Shown in pieces: positions 60,847 to 64,000 of a DNA stretch of 64,000 nt. The notes below the pieces were generated by a model. That model searched no databases. It saw only the letters and a list, made by a program, of their open reading frames with translations, and was not told where the DNA came from. Numbering within the stretch: the stretch's first letter is position 1; every line of letters starts with the position of its first letter. A program made the position numbers and the translations under genes. The DNA lies in contig CAXXTH010000022.1 in the NCBI GenBank assembly GCA_963668025.2, positions 128,001-192,000 of the forward strand, in the 5' to 3' direction. Origin of the DNA: Candidatus Hydrogenedentota bacterium (GTDB lineage: Bacteria > Hydrogenedentota > Hydrogenedentia > Hydrogenedentales > SLHB01).

Positions 60847-62323
60847 TTTCTTTCATGTGGCTAGCGGCCCAGCCAGCGAAATTTTGTTCTAGTATGCCTA
60901 AATATTCTTCTAGAGTTATCCCATCGTTCAACCAATCATCCATCATGCGGCGCCACTCTTTTTTATACCGTCCATCCATGGAATCCAGCCACTTAATGGC
61001 GCAATAACGTCGCTGGAAAATATCCTCGAAAGGCTGTAAATCTGGCTGCATGCGTGCGCCTTCCACATTGGGGATATATACCTTGGCTTCCGATGTGAGC
61101 TGCTCTAAGTTCTTTGGCGCAGTAATGTACATCAAGAAATCCATGCAATCGTCCAAATTGCCATTGAGCATGGCGCTATTGGTCACATGTAATTGTATTG
61201 CAGCACCGCCAATTACAGTGGCGGGCGTTCCAGAAGCGTATGGGCTGGTTTCCGATGTTATCGCGGGGATATAGCCGATTCCCCATCGGAAATCGATGTA
61301 GGGATCGGTTGTCATACGGCGAATAAACCATGAGCCGGTCCAGTACATTGCTACACGCTTGGTCAGGAAAAGCCGGATCGGATCGGTGTTTTTAATTTCT
61401 TTCGCCCAATATCTCCGCCAGTCTTTCAATATTCGATGCATTTCACGCCATCGCGGATCGCTCTTGGTAAAGAATCCTTTTGTAAAAAGAAATCCCGCCT
61501 CGCTGGGCTCTAGATAATGATCAAGATACGCTTCAGCGGCGCTTGATGAAGGAATCAAATCCATATCTTTTAGAATACTATGATAGAGCATTTCAAAAAT
61601 GATGTCTTGCCCCCAATCGGACGCGAGAGTGCTTCCTATCGGGCATTCCGCCGTGAAGGGCGTGATATCTTTTTGTTGCAGCTTCTTGCAGAGCTCTATC
61701 ATCTCTTCCCATGTTTTTGGAAATTGCGACACCCCAACAAATTCCAGGATATCTTTGTTATAGAAGACGCCCGTTTCCACTATATCAATCGAGAGGCCAT
61801 ATAATTTTCCATTCGGCGCACGCTTGGCATTAATCAAGGCCTTATTCTTAAAAATATCTATCCAATGGGTATTGCCAGGAACATATGGATTTGGCTTTTC
61901 GAGATATTCGTCAAGAGGCACATACCAGCCTTTATCCACATCCGGCCATGCTACTTCCGCATTCTGGTTGATGATCTCGGGAGCGACACCGCCTAAAAGC
62001 TGTGTTTTTAGCCATTCCCCTTCACTATTTCCCGCTGACACTAATTGTTGAAAACGGATTTTCTTGCCGCGATGCGCCTCTTCCCATATATCGGCGAGGT
62101 CCTGAGCCGCTTTCACTGGCTCGCCAATTCCTTGCGGTATCGTGCCGGGCGTGTATAGATTGAGGTCTGCGCGGATAGCATTTTCTGAAGATGTATCCGC
62201 CTGCGCCTTTGGAATTCCCGCCATCCAAGCGATTGCCATAAAAACAATTCCGACATTTTTTGCACTTGCATATATTTCTAATATATGCCTTATTTCACTC
62301 AGGCGGAAACCCTTATTATCCAT
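60770..62323 (-). CDS. Sugar ABC transporter extracellular solute-binding protein
   Basis: PLDEYL, FYNKDI, PKTWEE, F...RVAM..GSW; between two permease genes. Confidence 0.85.
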   Translation of the reverse strand: MDNKGFRLSEIRHILEIYASAKNVGIVFMAIAWMAGIPKAQADTSSENAIRADLNLYTPGTIPQGIGEPVKAAQDLADIWEEAHRGKKIRFQQLVSAGNSEGEWLKTQLLGGVAPEIINQNAEVAWPDVDKGWYVPLDEYLEKPNPYVPGNTHWIDIFKNKALINAKRAPNGKLYGLSIDIVETGVFYNKDILEFVGVSQFPKTWEEMIELCKKLQQKDITPFTAECPIGSTLASDWGQDIIFEMLYHSILKDMDLIPSSSAAEAYLDHYLEPSEAGFLFTKGFFTKSDPRWREMHRILKDWRRYWAKEIKNTDPIRLFLTKRVAMYWTGSWFIRRMTTDPYIDFRWGIGYIPAITSETSPYASGTPATVIGGAAIQLHVTNSAMLNGNLDDCMDFLMYITAPKNLEQLTSEAKVYIPNVEGARMQPDLQPFEDIFQRRYCAIKWLDSMDGRYKKEWRRMMDDWLNDGITLEEYLGILEQNFAGWAASHMKENEWDFSKMETVWQERGVRLASELKN

Positions 62324-62499
62324 TGTATTGCAAACCTTTGAAGTTATTGTGGAATAGAAATCAGGGATTGCTCGACTGTATCACGGAATATGAAGATACT
62401 TAACAGATTCAACGCAAAACCATTAATGCTAAAATCGGCAAATTCATTTTAATAAGCGTTTCTAGATTTTACTTACTCTCATAAATTTGCGCAATAGTA

Positions 62500-63354
62500 T
62501 TATGCTTTTAGCGCACCGCTCATAATTCCTTTCATGAACAATCTCGTGCAAAATAGAAACAGAATGCATAATGGAATAGATGATATGGCATAGCCCGCGA
62601 ACATCCGTCCGTATTGGTTGCCTACTTTACCGTTATAGCGGAGTATTCCAACCGTCAAGACCATCACATCATCACTGGAGGTAGTCACCAAGGGCCATAG
62701 AAAATTGTTCCATACGCTCAAGGCGCTGACAATTGCCACAACTCCAAGCACTGGCTTTGCTAAAGGCAATCCGACATGCCAGAATTGGCGCAGCAATCCG
62801 GCTCCATCAACTTGAGAGGCCTCGAATAGATCCTCTTCAATTTCGCTGAAAAAAGTTCTGAGTAGATAGATTCCAAGAATCTGCCCGCTGGCGATATAGG
62901 GGAGCAGCATCACGCTGTATGTGTCGAGCAAACCCAGGCGTTTCACCCACAAAAAAGAAGGGATGAGCATAAGCACGCCGGGAATCATCATCATGGCGAT
63001 TATATTGTAATAAAACATTTCCCGGCCTGGAAAATCACAACGTGCGAAGACAAAACCTGCTAGGGATGCAAATGTCACTATGCCTGAAACACTTAGTGCC
63101 GTTATTAGGATGCTGTTAAGCAAATAGACTTTCATGTCTCCAAACGCATAAATATAGTTTTCAATACGCAGCGGCAGGACTGGCATCCAAAAGGAATGGA
63201 AAAACTGGTTTGTGTCTTTTAGCGATGTAATCACCATAAACACAAAAGGCAAGAATGTCAGGCTGAGGATGGCAATCAGGGCGATGCGCCACACCGCGCC
63301 AGATAATGTGATACGCCGTCCGATCAAAGCTATATTCATGGCCGTTACGTTCAT
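62500..63354 (-). CDS. Carbohydrate ABC transporter permease (MalG-like)
   Basis: TSLK, ENY, FPGR, EASQVDGA, WNNFLWPL. Confidence 0.92.
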   Translation of the reverse strand: MNVTAMNIALIGRRITLSGAVWRIALIAILSLTFLPFVFMVITSLKDTNQFFHSFWMPVLPLRIENYIYAFGDMKVYLLNSILITALSVSGIVTFASLAGFVFARCDFPGREMFYYNIIAMMMIPGVLMLIPSFLWVKRLGLLDTYSVMLLPYIASGQILGIYLLRTFFSEIEEDLFEASQVDGAGLLRQFWHVGLPLAKPVLGVVAIVSALSVWNNFLWPLVTTSSDDVMVLTVGILRYNGKVGNQYGRMFAGYAISSIPLCILFLFCTRLFMKGIMSGALKA

Positions 63355-63411
63355 GAAAAAACCGTATCCCCTTGTACTACGTGCGTTAAATAAAAACAAT
63401 TCGTAATCTCT

Positions 63412-64000
63412 TCACTTACTAGTTGAGCCGGGCTCGATAATGACTTCCAGTTTAGACGGTTTCTCAACAACCTTTATGTCCGTTTTCCCATTTTTTTGAG
63501 AAAATTCCAGGTGCAGCAATTCACCGTTCATGGGAAGTTTATAAGTAACCCGCTCATAAGAAAGGCCTATCCCCTGGTGAAGGACTATTTTGCCTTTGTA
63601 TACCTGGGAAAGATCAATACCAAGAAGATACTGTGGAATAGCATATCCTGGAACGGAGCTCCACGCATGGCAGCATGATACAGGAATCCAGTCGCGCTCC
63701 GGCATTGGACAGTGGCCAAGGAATACATGTGGATAGGTCCATGATGGTAAGCTGGGATTGAATACTTCCCACCACGTCGTTGCGCCCCTATCTAGCATGG
63801 CACCCCAATATTGCCTTACCAAACTTTCAATGTTCTCCAATTTTCCAACCTTGGCGAGAGCCATAAACACAACCCAATACGTGGATGCCGAACCAGGTTG
63901 TATGCACGTTTTATCGTTCAATACCATGTTTATAATATGGCCTGTTTGTTCTTCCGTTGGAATGCCTGCAAGAATAGCTGCCAGATTTGATTGTTGCGAG
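63412..64000 (-). CDS. GH78 alpha-L-rhamnosidase-like protein, C-terminal part (runs off the window)
   Basis: SQQSN.AAIL, WG.MLDRGATTWWE, SCCHAWSS.P. Confidence 0.85.
   Translation of the reverse strand, partial: SQQSNLAAILAGIPTEEQTGHIINMVLNDKTCIQPGSASTYWVVFMALAKVGKLENIESLVRQYWGAMLDRGATTWWEVFNPSLPSWTYPHVFLGHCPMPERDWIPVSCCHAWSSVPGYAIPQYLLGIDLSQVYKGKIVLHQGIGLSYERVTYKLPMNGELLHLEFSQKNGKTDIKVVEKPSKLEVIIEPGSTSK

Noticed and set aside
1-64000. CRISPR array, tRNA or rRNA genes
   Set aside because: No regularly spaced repeat-spacer units, cloverleaf or rRNA-like sequence seen; the repeats found are palindromic doublets or short periodic arrays.

Overview
64 kb of a diderm bacterial chromosome (lpxK present). 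Three pilin-like H-X9-DG/DUF1559-type proteins with an ERFxITDINNP motif suggest Candidatus Hydrogenedentes or a PVC-like lineage; this is inference from motif recall, not a search. The window opens with a sugar/short-chain acyl-CoA catabolic cluster (oxidoreductase, glutamate dehydrogenase, xylose-isomerase-like, PfkB kinase, SDR, CoA-transferase, thiolase) and an NtrC-type regulator. Next come an APC transporter-EIIA fusion, DpsL, an FHA-GAF kinase, recQ, a GT-C glycosyltransferase, a NagD-like HAD and a beta-CASP nuclease. Housekeeping genes follow: dprA (frameshifted), lpxK, serC, purM/purL/purQ, valS, HU, tsaB, rimI and ferritin. Mobile DNA comprises a complete group IIC intron sitting behind a terminator, IS3 and IS4 remnants, several REP-like doublets and a GxxExxY remnant with 9-10 nt periodic flanks. 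The window ends in a glycan-utilisation locus (GH78, ABC transporter, four tandem paralogues of an unassigned TIM-barrel-like family, GH2). The best novelty candidates are (1) a single ORF fusing ECF sigma, anti-sigma and pilin-like domains, and (2) the four differently targeted GH-A-like paralogues with Asp at the usual Glu-nucleophile position. No tRNA, rRNA or CRISPR array was seen.
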